61,494 bases of DNA, taken from a virus. Taxonomy: Duplodnaviria; Caudoviricetes. The position numbers were made by a program, and so were the translations under genes. Numbering within the stretch: the stretch's first letter is position 1; every line of letters begins with the position of its first letter. The stretch lies in IMG/VR virus record IMGVR_UViG_3300037470_000143, positions 1-61,494 of that record; one strand, written 5' to 3'. Shown here piece by piece: positions 25,502 through 36,800 of this stretch. The notes under the pieces are model-generated. The model saw only the letters and a list, made by a program, of their open reading frames with translations. It had not been told where the DNA came from and made no database searches.

Positions 25502-26167
25502 TTATTCCTTCAAGATTGCTTTCAGGGAGATGGCGACACTTTCAAGAGTCCCATCGGCTGTCGCGGGTGCCACCAAGGTCAGGGAATCGCCGACGGCAAA
25601 GTCTGCGTCTGATGCTTGGGTAAACGTCCCTGTTGCCGCCGCAGCGAACTCACAGGTAGCGAACTCCACGCCGTTCTTCTGTAAGCTGAGGCTGACCGTT
25701 CCCGTGGACGCCGTCTCCGCATCTGCCTGCGCGCCGGGGGCGGACGCCGGGAGGGTGAACGGTCGCACCGCCATAAATTTCCCGACCAGCTCCGCATCGG
25801 TCATCACACCCGCTGCAAAAAAGCCGATGTCGTAGATCATGTAGGCTTCGATCCAGTTCGTACCCATGAAAGTGACGAAGCGGTCCTCGTCAACCACATA
25901 TGCCGTGTAGCCCTCGACCGGCGTGATGTTGACCCACGCCCCGTTGTCCCGGATGGCGATGTCCTCAGCGTCTACATCCCCTGTTGGGACGATGTAAATG
26001 TCCCCGTCTGAAGGAACCCCCGGAAGCGAGGTCGTGCGAGAGATCACTCGACACTGGACCAACCCCGACAAGGTCTGAAGGTTGGTGTCCATCCCGGACT
26101 TGTAGCCGGAACCGAGGTCCCAAAAAGCGGTCAGCCCGATACCGGGGACTGTGCGTTCTCCTGCCAT
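25502..26167 (-). CDS. DUF2793-domain tail protein
   Basis: PSDGDIYIV...IAIRDNGAW...PVEG..AYVVDE. Confidence 0.8.
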   Translation of the reverse strand: MAGERTVPGIGLTAFWDLGSGYKSGMDTNLQTLSGLVQCRVISRTTSLPGVPSDGDIYIVPTGDVDAEDIAIRDNGAWVNITPVEGYTAYVVDEDRFVTFMGTNWIEAYMIYDIGFFAAGVMTDAELVGKFMAVRPFTLPASAPGAQADAETASTGTVSLSLQKNGVEFATCEFAAAATGTFTQASDADFAVGDSLTLVAPATADGTLESVAISLKAILKE

Positions 26168-26170
26168 GGT

Positions 26171-26287
26171 CTAGCTCCCGTTTCCGTAGTCGTTGCCGTA
26201 GCTCTCGCCGTATCCGAATATCACTTCCAGACTGGCAGCGTAAGACATTTGCGCCATCATCAATATGAGGGTGTTGAGGTTCATCAT
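26171..26287 (-). CDS. 38-aa peptide ending in GYGESYGNDYG (not in the ORF track)
   Basis: Translated by hand: MMNLNTLILMMAQMSYAASLEVIFGYGESYGNDYGNGS; coupled on both sides. Confidence 0.6.
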   Translation of the reverse strand: MMNLNTLILMMAQMSYAASLEVIFGYGESYGNDYGNGS

Positions 26288-26565
26288 GCTGCACCCGAGG
26301 TCAGCACAGTGACGGTCTCGACCTGACCGATCGCTCGGCCCCAGACCTCGTCGACGCCACTCTCTAACCCTGTCAAGGGGAGCGTGGTCAGCATCTTCCC
26401 GTCGATCACGATACCAATCTCGCTCTCCGCGCCGGGATCATCGGCCGCGACCGCCACCCTGACGTAGCCTTGCCCGCCCATCTGGACGATGCAGCCAGTG
26501 ACATTCTCTGCGAGCAAGACCCACCCGGTCGTGACGCAATCCTTGGTGCTGGTTGTTCCTGACAT
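26284..26565 (-). CDS. Small beta-rich virion-associated protein
   Basis: GGAG RBS; tail operon. Confidence 0.7.
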   Translation of the reverse strand: MSGTTSTKDCVTTGWVLLAENVTGCIVQMGGQGYVRVAVAADDPGAESEIGIVIDGKMLTTLPLTGLESGVDEVWGRAIGQVETVTVLTSGAA

Positions 26566-26568
26566 GCT

Positions 26569-28824
26569 TTAAGCTCCTGTGCCGTAGCTCTCACCGTAGC
26601 CTACCCCATAGCCCCCGTCGACAAGAGTCAGCTGACGTTCGTAATATTGTAGCGATTCGAGTCCATCCCGCTCCGCCAGAACCTGAATTTTCACTTCGCC
26701 GTCCCCGTCGGTCGTGGGCCCCGACATCGGGACGTCGTAGCTCGTCCCCGTCAGCCCGGTATATTCCACGATCAGGTTCCCGTCGAGGTCAACGAACCGA
26801 ATGGTCGTCGTCTGTCCGTCCTCGGGTGTGACTGTTGCCTCATCCCAGTAGAGCGCAACCGTATCTTCGAGGGTCCTGTTTCGGTTCGCCCAAGTGACAG
26901 TGAACTCGGTAAAACCCGTCAAGTCGAAAGTGCCCCATCCACCATCAGCTTCGACCTTCACGTTCGCCGGGCGGAAGGGCAGGTGCGGGCGTTCCGAGAC
27001 GGAGTAAACCAGCTCGGTCGCATCGACCACGTCCAACACGCCGCTGATGGTCTTTGGCCGCAGCCAGTAGCTGACGTCGGCCCCCGCTGCGCGGAGGTTA
27101 GGGTCGGTGGACGCCGTCGAGGACGGCCGCAGATACCACAGCTCCGTGCCTGTGGACCAGTCGCGAGGAACTGTGTCGTAGATGCCCCGCTTGACCGTCC
27201 AAGCCCCAGCCCCGTAGCTCTTCAGCATGATGATCTCGTTGACGGAATCATCGGTCGAGTCGCCAAGGTAGAAGAGCTGCCCTGACGCCAGATCGGGCAT
27301 GGCCCCCACCATCGAGAACATGTCCGCATCTGCGATAGTGGACTCCGCTTCCGCAACGAGATCGGCAGACAACGCCCCGAAGGGTGTTTCGAGCATCCCG
27401 GCGTAGCTCTCTGTCACCGTGTCGCCCGCCGTGTTCACCCGCTCGGTGGTGAGCGTGAAGCTCTCCGTCGCGCTGTCGTCGTTCTGTCCGAGCAACACGA
27501 CGCGGGCGTCCGAGTATGTGGTCGTGGCCCCGAAAGCGGACAGGAAGGGGTAAGGAACCGTGATCGCACTCTGCTGATCGAAGGGTTCAGGAGCTGACAC
27601 CGGCACGGTCCAACTCGTAGTGGGAGGTGTCTCGAACTCCCCTTTGTCGAGCGACCAGATATCTTCTGTCACCGACAGAATCATCTTGCCGGAACCCTTC
27701 TTACCCTTGTCGATGTCGAGGACACGAACCGCCATGCTGGCGATCCCTTCTTCCGGCCAGACCAGCTCGACGACCTCCCCGGGAACGACCGGGCCTTGCG
27801 ACCTGTCCGTGATGATTTTGCAGCTGAACAGGGGGTAGCTCGCCTCGCGGATATCACGCTCTCCGAGGGTCCACGCATGGTCGGCTTTGCGGACCCCGTA
27901 GTAGTTCCGGCTGTCAGATTTGATCTGGCCGCTTTGGGCTGAGATGTTGGCAAGGTCCTGAAGAGTGACCGTGGCCTCTTCCTCGTTCTCCGGGTTGGTG
28001 TAGGTGATGACGATCTCGTTGATCGTGTCTTCGAGCGCCCGACGTTGCATGTCTTCGAGCGTGCAGTTGTCAGGATCGAAGGTCTTGGCCGAAGTCAGGT
28101 CGTAGTCATCCCGGAACAACTTGATCTCGATAAGGCCGGTCGTTGGATCAGTGTAGACCGCCGCTTGGATGTGGTCGAGGATTTCGGCGACGAACGCTTC
28201 GATCTCCCCCGGGCGCGTCCACATCATCGAGAGGCCGATCCCCTCATTGTAGATCGTCTCGGCTGCTGCCAGCCAGCTCGCCAGATTGAAGGCTGCGACA
28301 GGCCAACCCAGCCCCCAATCGGAGTTGGTGTAGACCTCGAAGACCATATGAACAGCGTTGCTGCCCCCATCCATACTGGCGTGGGCGTCGTTCAAGTTTG
28401 CGTGCTTGGAAATACGAGTGACCTTGACGTCAAGCGGCGAGATGAAGGGGTTGTTCTGCGCAACCATGAACCCCCGGCCGTTGGGGCCGTCGTGAAACCA
28501 AAGCGAGGCGATCCCCCGGTAGCCCGGGGCTGTGGCGCTGGTGAGTCCCAAGTACCCGGCAAGCTTGTCTGTAAGAACCTGCGCGGCCCCTCCGAGTAGG
28601 ACGTGGACTTTCCCGATCACACCACCTTCCGCATCATTCCCACCGAATAGCTCCGGAAGGTCGATGCTCAGTTCGCCATTCGAGTCGAGGGTGCCTGACC
28701 ACGCCACGTCCTCGCCTTTGAACCTGATCTCGTCGATGCTGTCGACCGGCCCCCAGCAGATGCCCCAGTGCATGTCGATGTGGTAGTCGATTACACGACG
28801 TTTGGCCCCACCTTTGCTACCCAT
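26569..28824 (-). CDS. Tail tip/central tail protein (lambda J/GTA megatron-like)
   Basis: GICWGPVD, PGYRG, putative phage-tail domain and VKRGIYDT. Confidence 0.85.
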   Translation of the reverse strand: MGSKGGAKRRVIDYHIDMHWGICWGPVDSIDEIRFKGEDVAWSGTLDSNGELSIDLPELFGGNDAEGGVIGKVHVLLGGAAQVLTDKLAGYLGLTSATAPGYRGIASLWFHDGPNGRGFMVAQNNPFISPLDVKVTRISKHANLNDAHASMDGGSNAVHMVFEVYTNSDWGLGWPVAAFNLASWLAAAETIYNEGIGLSMMWTRPGEIEAFVAEILDHIQAAVYTDPTTGLIEIKLFRDDYDLTSAKTFDPDNCTLEDMQRRALEDTINEIVITYTNPENEEEATVTLQDLANISAQSGQIKSDSRNYYGVRKADHAWTLGERDIREASYPLFSCKIITDRSQGPVVPGEVVELVWPEEGIASMAVRVLDIDKGKKGSGKMILSVTEDIWSLDKGEFETPPTTSWTVPVSAPEPFDQQSAITVPYPFLSAFGATTTYSDARVVLLGQNDDSATESFTLTTERVNTAGDTVTESYAGMLETPFGALSADLVAEAESTIADADMFSMVGAMPDLASGQLFYLGDSTDDSVNEIIMLKSYGAGAWTVKRGIYDTVPRDWSTGTELWYLRPSSTASTDPNLRAAGADVSYWLRPKTISGVLDVVDATELVYSVSERPHLPFRPANVKVEADGGWGTFDLTGFTEFTVTWANRNRTLEDTVALYWDEATVTPEDGQTTTIRFVDLDGNLIVEYTGLTGTSYDVPMSGPTTDGDGEVKIQVLAERDGLESLQYYERQLTLVDGGYGVGYGESYGTGA

Positions 28825-29054
28825 TATTCACCCTCGCGCGCAACGCGATCTCTCGCCGCCCTTGCAATCCGGTTACCGAGGGCATCGTTCAGGTCTTCCA
28901 CCGCCCCTACAGTATACTCCCCTGCGAGCATCTTCTTCACGGTCATGCCACGATGCTTCCCCCAGTTTGACATGCCCGCACCGCAAAAGCCGGAGACCCT
29001 AGCGTCGTTGGCCGTGATGACGATATCCCGGCCGGGGTCCCTCTCGCCGCTCAT
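28824..29054 (-). CDS. Small tail assembly protein
   Basis: GFCGAG...W motif; conserved Chi-like position. Confidence 0.75.
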   Translation of the reverse strand: MSGERDPGRDIVITANDARVSGFCGAGMSNWGKHRGMTVKKMLAGEYTVGAVEDLNDALGNRIARAARDRVAREGE

Positions 29055-29299
29055 TTCTTGCCTTCCTCATCGTCGACTTCGTAGATGCGCTTGCTGATAT
29101 TCCCATACCACAACAGGTTGAGACCTTTCACCCTGATTGTTCCAAAAACCACGGGGACCGGGCGGCCCGCCTCGGCTGTTGGCCCTTCAAGGTCCTGAAC
29201 CTCCGGGGGCTTCGGCTGCTTCGGCTTGGGCATGATGAGGTAAGCGACGATGGAGATCGCGAGACCGATAAGCAACTGGGCTAGCCACGGCAGGGGCAT
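29051..29299 (-). CDS. Small tail assembly protein
   Basis: PTAEAGRPVPVVFGT...NLLWYG. Confidence 0.85.
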   Translation of the reverse strand: MPLPWLAQLLIGLAISIVAYLIMPKPKQPKPPEVQDLEGPTAEAGRPVPVVFGTIRVKGLNLLWYGNISKRIYEVDDEEGKK

Positions 29300-29302
29300 G
29301 GT

Positions 29303-30193
29303 CTAGTCTCCTGTGAAGACCATCGAGAGGAAGTCAGACGGGTCGGGCCCCTCCGGGTCCTTCAGATATGGGTTAGTGTTGATCGGGTTTTTCAGGGGAA
29401 TCCAAGGCTGGCCCCCGTAGTTGTTGATATTGTTGTGGATGTCTGTGCAGTCATCCATCTTCCGGTTGCACCCGATCACCACGCGCATCGAGTGTCCCAC
29501 CGACAAGTCGAGAGCAGGCCCAGACAGGGTGAGAGTGTTCCCGGACAGGCGCAAAATCGTCCGCCGGTAAGTGTTTGCCCCGACAACCCATTCGAGCCAT
29601 CCGCCACGGAATTTGGACGTCGTGTAGGCCCCCTCCCAGCCGCTGGCAAGGGTTACCTTGTTGGACGCCGGGAACGCCGCAGCCGTGGTCGTTACGGCGG
29701 TCTCCGAGGCTTTGCAGTGAGACCCGTAAAGAACATGTGGACAACCTATCTGGTAGTGCCTCCGGAGACCGGCTTGGTTGGCCGCTGTCCACAGGGGACG
29801 GCAAAGGACTTCAGCCTGCCCATCTGACTTGGTCAAGACGTTGATGACCTTGCCGTGGAAAACCGCGTTGAAATCGGCCGTGCCGTCCTCGTGGTGGCCG
29901 GAAGAGATCACCACCGATATTGGTTGATCGGGTGGGTAAATCTGGAACATGTCCAAGAACTCTTCCTTGCCTGACATCATGATCTTGATGTCCTGCCGTT
30001 CGGTCCTTCCCCCGCTGGTAGAAATCGAATCCCTGCTGATCGGGCGCGCCCGGTAGGTCTTTCCGCCCAAGGTGAACCCACGTTCCGCATCCGTATAGCC
30101 GTAATACTCGGTCGCCCCCAGCCCGTAGGTGAACAGATAAGTCTCGACAGGGGAGCCGCTGTATCGGCCCTGCTCGTAGGTCTCGAAGGTCAT
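29303..30193 (-). CDS. DUF2163/BR0599-family tail tip (hub) protein
   Basis: CPHVLYG..C, GCNR...C...NN..NYGG.PWIP..NP. Confidence 0.88.
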   Translation of the reverse strand: MTFETYEQGRYSGSPVETYLFTYGLGATEYYGYTDAERGFTLGGKTYRARPISRDSISTSGGRTERQDIKIMMSGKEEFLDMFQIYPPDQPISVVISSGHHEDGTADFNAVFHGKVINVLTKSDGQAEVLCRPLWTAANQAGLRRHYQIGCPHVLYGSHCKASETAVTTTAAAFPASNKVTLASGWEGAYTTSKFRGGWLEWVVGANTYRRTILRLSGNTLTLSGPALDLSVGHSMRVVIGCNRKMDDCTDIHNNINNYGGQPWIPLKNPINTNPYLKDPEGPDPSDFLSMVFTGD

Positions 30194-31893
30194 AGCGCCT
30201 CCTGCGTGCGGACCGAAAATTGGGTGTCGGCCACCTGATCGGATTGCCAGTCTATCCTGAGCGTATCAGAGGCGAACCGGACGCGCATCAACCAAGATAT
30301 TTTCACAATGTCGGAGACCGGAACGTCCTCGGCCCACGCGACATCGACGTCGATCACGGAGTCCGTTCCGAAAGCATCGGTAGTGGTCGAGATCGACACG
30401 ACATTTCGGAGAAGGTAACTCCCATCGGCCAGCCATACGATCAAGGCTGCGTTGGTGGCCTGACCAGCCCAGTCGGTTGCAAAGTCTACGCCCTCAATCC
30501 GGATGACCGTGGCGCTCTCGTCGAGCTGGTAACCGGGGACAATGTCGCGGCCGAAGGTTGGCATCCAGAACTCACCGCGCTGCCCCTTCTGGCGGTAGAA
30601 CAGATCGACGACGTCTTGAACCTTGTCATAACGGAGCCCACTGTAGACGACCCTCATCACGTATTCGGCGAAGTCCTGAGCCTCGTAGAAATCGACTTGC
30701 CCCCAACCCATGTCGACCTCGTCGAGCGGCATATCCCAAGTCTCTTCGATCCCGTCGCGCCAGTTCGGACCGGTCATGAAGACCTCCAAGCTGTCGTGAA
30801 AGAGTGTCGCCGCCGGGGGCGTGTAGACCGCGTCAATCCCGGGCACAACGTCGTAGGATACAGGCATCTCGCCGATGTCGGCCGTGGCCCGTTCCATCTT
30901 CTGGCCGTCCCGTATCCTGCCGGTCATCATCAGCGTGACAGAGGCACCGACGGGGATTTCCTCAGTGACAGCGGACCCTAAAACAATGGTCGTGGGCGTA
31001 GTCGAGTCGACCGATCCTATGATGTTCCCGGAAAGGTCGGGGTGGGAGATCATGACCGACGCTCCGTCCACGGCCCAGTTGGGCACTGGATCAACGGTGA
31101 GGATCGACCCTGACACAGCCGTCGCAGCCGTCGTGAAGGTCTTCCACGGCCACATAGGCATCAGCACCGGACGCCTCCGCCAGCGCGTCAGACGGCCCTC
31201 TGCGGCGCGTCTGGTATCTGCCCACGTCGAGAGCGTATAGGACATCACCCTGCGGGGCTCTTGCCGCAGAGCGCGGCGCTGTTCCCGACCAGAGCGGGAG
31301 CGGTGAACGATCTCTGTCTTGAACTCAATGGTCTCTACCACGTTGTCGCGCCAGTTGGGGCCTCGCTCGACCACCACTGCCCGGTCCCCGATGAAAACGA
31401 CCTCGTAGGTAGAACCGAGATCGAAGTCAAAATCAGTAGCAACGGAGAAGGACGGGGGCCCCTCCGCTTGCGCGGTAAACAACAGCCCGATCTCTTGCAG
31501 GGGCTTGAATGTAAGCGGGAGCGAGCTACCTCCGTAAACGACCCCGATGAAGCTGTCGATGGTGATCGCATTCAGGTCCTGAGCCACCAGATGGGCGTTC
31601 CAGACAGCCAGCGTTCGCGGCGTGTCGTTGGAGATCGCTCCGAAAGTCAGGGGGGAAGGAAGGAAGTGGACGCGGTTGTAGAAATCGTCGACATAGGTGA
31701 CAGACTTGTATCCCCCCAAGGTCCGCGCAGGCATCGCCACACTGTCTTCTTCGGTGTGTGATCCGGAGATTCCTTGTGGCCCATCAAAAAGCTGCTGAAA
31801 CCCTGCCGGGTCTGTCCTGTTGATCCCTACGGTGGAGTCTTCCGAGTTGTTGGAAAACGCCAGCGCGAGGGATTTCAGACCCGCGAAAGCCAT
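30190..31893 (-). CDS. Distal tail-like structural protein
   Basis: GREQRRALRQEPRR, two PNWRD repeats and VRFASD. Confidence 0.75.
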   Translation of the reverse strand: MAFAGLKSLALAFSNNSEDSTVGINRTDPAGFQQLFDGPQGISGSHTEEDSVAMPARTLGGYKSVTYVDDFYNRVHFLPSPLTFGAISNDTPRTLAVWNAHLVAQDLNAITIDSFIGVVYGGSSLPLTFKPLQEIGLLFTAQAEGPPSFSVATDFDFDLGSTYEVVFIGDRAVVVERGPNWRDNVVETIEFKTEIVHRSRSGREQRRALRQEPRRVMSYTLSTWADTRRAAEGRLTRWRRRPVLMPMWPWKTFTTAATAVSGSILTVDPVPNWAVDGASVMISHPDLSGNIIGSVDSTTPTTIVLGSAVTEEIPVGASVTLMMTGRIRDGQKMERATADIGEMPVSYDVVPGIDAVYTPPAATLFHDSLEVFMTGPNWRDGIEETWDMPLDEVDMGWGQVDFYEAQDFAEYVMRVVYSGLRYDKVQDVVDLFYRQKGQRGEFWMPTFGRDIVPGYQLDESATVIRIEGVDFATDWAGQATNAALIVWLADGSYLLRNVVSISTTTDAFGTDSVIDVDVAWAEDVPVSDIVKISWLMRVRFASDTLRIDWQSDQVADTQFSVRTQEAL

Positions 31894-31896
31894 GGT

Positions 31897-32874
31897 TTAC
31901 CCATCCTTGTGGTAGGCGAGCCCGTAATAGCCAGACAGCTCGTTGGGGAAGTACGCCGTGCCCGGCCAATCGACGAAAGCATCTGAGCGTTTCGAGAACT
32001 CGGGAAACGCTTTCCAATCGTCAGAACTGATGGAAAACTCCTGCTCCGGGTCGACGTTCTCCATGTCGATCAGACGCGCCCCGGAAACATGTCCCAGAGG
32101 CCGAATACGGTAGTTCTCTCCGTCATCCCCATCGGAGCAGTAGAGGTTTACTGGAACCATCAGCTGGCCGGAAGCGTAGTCCGCATGAGCCCTGTAAACG
32201 CGACCATCGTTGATATCGTCGTTGTTCCCGCCGAATGCCTCGGACCCAGTGAGGTTTTCGAGTGCGGCGGAGCTGATACTCGGGGATCGAAACGAACGCC
32301 ATGTGGTGGCGTTGTCGGCATGGCTGATCTTCACGCCGCCTGCGTATGTCGCTCCATCCTCGTGATTGTTATTGGCCCCAAACAGATACTTGTTCTTCTG
32401 GCCGTAAGGGTAGATGTCCCCGGGAGAGGACCCTTGCAGAGAGAAGTTGTTGATCGAGATCACGTCACCGTCAGTGTAGTTTCCGGCCGGAACCATCGTC
32501 CCGATGTAGATATGTCGGTAGCTGTTATAACCAAAGCCCACCACAACGGCGATATAAGGTTCGCTGTCAGGCGCAGCGTAGGGGCTGTTGTTCCCGAACA
32601 GATGGCACTGGACAGGGTTCACAATGACCGGAGAGCCGGGATAGGTCCCGTCCAGATACGGAGACCGGGCTCGCGCTTCGATACCCCCTGCCGGTGACGC
32701 CGTGATCGTATCAGAAGAAGCTGTGAGTGTCGTCACCAGCCCCGTAGATGGGTTCTCTACCGTCCCGCTCGACCCCGATCCGCCCGTGGTGGTCCACCCG
32801 CGAGCTGCTGCGAAAGTGATGATCTCGTCGACCACATCCTGCCAGCTGGTCACCGCTTGAAGGCTATATGTCAT
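31897..32874 (-). CDS. Virion structural (tail) protein
   Basis: Position after the tape measure gene; composition. Confidence 0.7.
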   Translation of the reverse strand: MTYSLQAVTSWQDVVDEIITFAAARGWTTTGGSGSSGTVENPSTGLVTTLTASSDTITASPAGGIEARARSPYLDGTYPGSPVIVNPVQCHLFGNNSPYAAPDSEPYIAVVVGFGYNSYRHIYIGTMVPAGNYTDGDVISINNFSLQGSSPGDIYPYGQKNKYLFGANNNHEDGATYAGGVKISHADNATTWRSFRSPSISSAALENLTGSEAFGGNNDDINDGRVYRAHADYASGQLMVPVNLYCSDGDDGENYRIRPLGHVSGARLIDMENVDPEQEFSISSDDWKAFPEFSKRSDAFVDWPGTAYFPNELSGYYGLAYHKDG

Positions 32875-33863
32875 CAGCTCAGCTCCACACAGAAGTAATC
32901 GTCGAAAGCCGTCCGAAAAGCGTTCTGAACGACGAGATGGTCAACACTATCGACCGTAATCTTGTCCTCGGCCCCAATACCCACGCCTTGGCACCGAAAG
33001 ACCCCATCGAGAACCCCGTAAGTCTGATTTCCAGAATCGATTCGGTGAAGCGTGACAGGATGGATCATCTTGTCACCACCATAGCAATCCATCTGGTTTT
33101 TGTGCGTGGGGGAAGGTGGAAATACGCCAGTAGTATCCCCACCCTCTGTATACCTGTTGCCCCTTGTAACAAAAGGCCCGACCGTCCCATCGCTGAACTC
33201 ATTGGAATTGGACAGTTCAAGCCAATCGCCACTGGGGGAGAGAACGTGAGCGGAGCTGTTATACAGGTAGCCAGAGAACGTGTTGAAAGAGGGCCATGGA
33301 AAAAGGCTGTGCCCGGTAACGTCGTCGCGCCAACTCTTGGGAGACGACGAGTGTGTCTGCTCCGGACCTGCGGAGCCACCGATAAACATCGGATACGGAT
33401 ATTCCGAGGGAGTGCCAAAGGGAAGGAACCAGCCTGCGTATAGAGCTTCAAAAATGGTGCTGATCTTGGTAACGACAATGAAGTGCCGACCACTGGCTAT
33501 AAACCAATAGGTCATTGACCCTGAGTCCGCGAAGCTGCGGACAGGTTGGGGGCTCACGTTGACATGATCGCCCATCTCTTCTCCGCCATCTTGGTATCCG
33601 GTCATGCCCGACACTTCAATGGCATAGCTATCCGCACCCACGTCGCGGACCAGCCTGAGTCCGATGTAAATCTCGTCTGTTCCTGCCAGTCCCGGGCCTT
33701 GCAAAACGATCCCAGCTTCATCGCCATCATCGTGATCCCAGACTTCGGTCCACTCTTCCCCGGCCGAGACCAGATCAGTATCCGTCGTCAGGAATGTGAT
33801 GAGCTTCGCATAGAGGTCCTGATCGTCCGTTGCTGTCCCTGTGACCCATTTTGTTGTTGGCAT
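32874..33863 (-). CDS. Virion structural (tail) protein
   Basis: EYPYPMFIGG and GVLDGVF; position after the tape measure gene. Confidence 0.75.
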   Translation of the reverse strand: MPTTKWVTGTATDDQDLYAKLITFLTTDTDLVSAGEEWTEVWDHDDGDEAGIVLQGPGLAGTDEIYIGLRLVRDVGADSYAIEVSGMTGYQDGGEEMGDHVNVSPQPVRSFADSGSMTYWFIASGRHFIVVTKISTIFEALYAGWFLPFGTPSEYPYPMFIGGSAGPEQTHSSSPKSWRDDVTGHSLFPWPSFNTFSGYLYNSSAHVLSPSGDWLELSNSNEFSDGTVGPFVTRGNRYTEGGDTTGVFPPSPTHKNQMDCYGGDKMIHPVTLHRIDSGNQTYGVLDGVFRCQGVGIGAEDKITVDSVDHLVVQNAFRTAFDDYFCVELS

Positions 33864-33865
33864 TC

Positions 33866-36800
33866 CTACGCTCCCATTGCCGCCCGGAATTTCCCGGGGT
33901 TCGCCGAGATGAAGTTAAAGAGGACCTTCTCTCCGACGGGTGTGTCCAGCGCCGCTTGCAAGAAGCCGGGCGCGTCGAAAGTGTTGATGTTCCGGACATT
34001 GACAGCAGGTGCGCCAGAGCCGCCCGAGAGACCGCCGTTGAGCATGTGGCGCGGGTCGTCCCTTGTCAACATTTCCTCCCCCTCTTTCGCGACGATGGGG
34101 ACTTCCCCCGGCCGCAGACCGACGACCCCTCCGACGTGGTATCGCATCGCGCTGGCGAAGATCGCTGGATTCACTTGCCTGCTGCTGTTGCCTGAACCAA
34201 CCCGGGAAGACCCGACCATACCTCCTGTGTGGCCGACACCAATCAGGCTCCCGAAACTGGTCCCCCCGAAAGCGGCTTGCAAGGCGTTCAGAATCGCTTG
34301 CTGAATAATCATCTGGGCGATCTGAAGCAAGAAGTCAGCGGCGAATTGAAGGAAGGCATCCCGGGCCGTGTCGAAGACGTTCGCCCCCTCTGCCACCTTG
34401 CGCGCAAACGAGTCGAAGGCACTCGCCAACCCTGTGACAAACAGGTCGCCGACGCGCGACCAGTCGAGGTAAACCTTCTGCGCGCCAGCGGCCAAGTTCC
34501 CCGCCTTCAGGGCGGCCGTGTCGAGCTTGATGAGGGCGTTCTCCGCGTCCGCGCCGCCGATGGCCTCCCACATGGCCCGCGCGTTGGCAATGGCCTCTTC
34601 TAACTCGGTATTTACGTTCGCGAGTTTCTGGCGCAGCTCTTCCTGCGTCCCTGTGTCGCCATCCCGCTTCGCAATTGCCAGCTGGTCGTAGAGCGCCTTC
34701 TGCTGCGCCAACAGGGCGTTGACCCGAGCTGAAGCGTCTCGGGCAGCAGCAGAAGCGTCCTTGTCGGCATCCTTGGCGCGGTTCTGTGCAAGTTCGAGGT
34801 CGAACAAGGCCCCAGTCTGTTCCCTGATCTTGGCGATATTCTCTTCAGAGATTCCCGGGTCGTCCTTACGCGCGTCCCGGATTGCCTCTTCGATGGCGGC
34901 CTCGCGGGCCTTGCCATCCAGAATCATCTGCTGCTGGCTGATCTCGAATTCGTTGTCAGCGATCCGGTCAGACGTAGCCTCGGCCCGGTCGCGCTCGGTC
35001 TCGACCATGTCTTCAAGGATATCCAGCTCGGTCGAGCTGATGCCGACCTTCCGCTGTGCCCACGCGAGGATTTCTTCGCGGGTCTTGCCGTCGAGGATAC
35101 CTTGGTTTGCCGCGATCTGGTCGGACCCCAGAACGTCGTTCGCCTTAGTGCCGGGGGCAGACCGAAGAAGTGCTGTCGCGCCACCGGGGCCGAGGAAATG
35201 CGCCAGATACAGGTTCGCATCGGTGAGCTGAACGCCCATCCTTTGGAGAATTTTGGCGTTCTCCCGGAGATAGAGACCGACCATGTCGCGCGATATGGCC
35301 GCATCTTCTCGGAGCGCTAGAATCATAGCGTCGGTCATCCCGGCAGCGCGATCCGGGAAATGCTTCTTGAACAATTCCAGCCACGTCCGCGTAACGAACT
35401 GGCCAAGTCCAGTAGCCGAGCTTTCCGGGTTTCGGGCGGACGGGTTACCGCCACTCTCGACACCGATGATCCGGTCTACGAGGGTGTTGTCGAGCGCAAA
35501 GTCCAGCGCCCCAGACATGAGGTTCTTGAACCTCTCGGCGAACGCGTTCAGGACGCCCTGCTCTGCCGCAATCCGTTGAATGGTCTCTGGTAGGGATCGG
35601 GCTGCTTTGAGGGCGTCCTGATAGGCTGTCGCGACATCCTCGGCGGCCTGCGCGACTTCGTCCATACCATCCTTGGACTTTGGCAGGGAATCTTCGAGAG
35701 CGTCCATGGCCGAGCCGAGCTTGTCCATGGCCTCCTGCATCTTGTCGGCCGTGTCTGGGTCCATCGCCCCGACCAAGGCTTCGACAGCGTCTTGGGCATC
35801 CTCTGCGTTGTCGCCCAGCACCTGAACTGCCAGACTCGCTTCGTCGAAAGCTGTTTCCAGCTCCCGGGCTCCATCGGCGCTATCTTGGAGGTCCGCGACG
35901 AAATTGATGTCCAGATCGGGGTCCGCAATTGCCAGAGCTTCGAGAGCGTCCTTGTATTCTTGGACCTTGATCTCACCGTTCTGGAATCGCCTCGCCAACT
36001 TCCGCAGCGACTCCTGCGTTTCCTCGGACCCGCCAATCAGAGGTTCATACGCATCGCCCAACGCACGCACGAAAGCCGTGGCATCGACGCGTGCCCTGTT
36101 CAGCTCTGTCCTGATGTTCGCTAGGCTGACCTGTGCTTGCTGCCTCGTTACGCCTTCGATGGTGTCGGCCCAGTCCTCGGACGCCCCTCCCGCAGCTTCG
36201 TAGGCGTTCTTGACGTCGTCGACGATCTTGCGGTGGGTGTTCAGGGCTACTGTGGCCCTGTCGGCATCGGTAGACCATGCGGCAAGGGCCGCCGATACCG
36301 CGATGAATGCCAGCCCGACCCCTGTCGATCCGACGAGCCCCCGCATCGCACGGGTGAGCCCCCGGATCGCGTAGCCGGTGCGCGTGATGGATACGCCCAT
36401 GGCGGCAGCCCGGGCCTGAACCACGCCGAAGCTGTTGCCCGTCAGGAGGGCGGCCTTCGTAGCCTTGTTGAAGGTTTTCCCCAGAAAGAGAACGATAGGC
36501 ACCAGCTTGTAGGCGAGCAAGCTGACCAGCAGGGTTACGACGACCTCGAAGTTGGACGCGAGGAACCCGAGGAAATCCAGAAGACCCCCCAGCGCCTTCG
36601 AGGCCCTACGAGTGAACGCCTCGAAATCGGCAGACTTCAGGACCTCGGTCAGCGTGTTGGCGAACCCGGTGAGCGCAGCTATAAATCCACCCTCACCGAA
36701 CTGAGCCGCAGCTTGGAAGGCTGCGTTTTCGAGACGGCCCAGCGCGACTGTGATCCCCAGCAAAGCAGATTCGAGGCCCCCGCCAAACCGCTTGGATACC

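Noticed and set aside
24279-33863. Diversity-generating retroelement or invertase-driven tail switching
   Set aside because: No reverse transcriptase or recombinase gene, and no TR/VR pair differing at adenines, was seen
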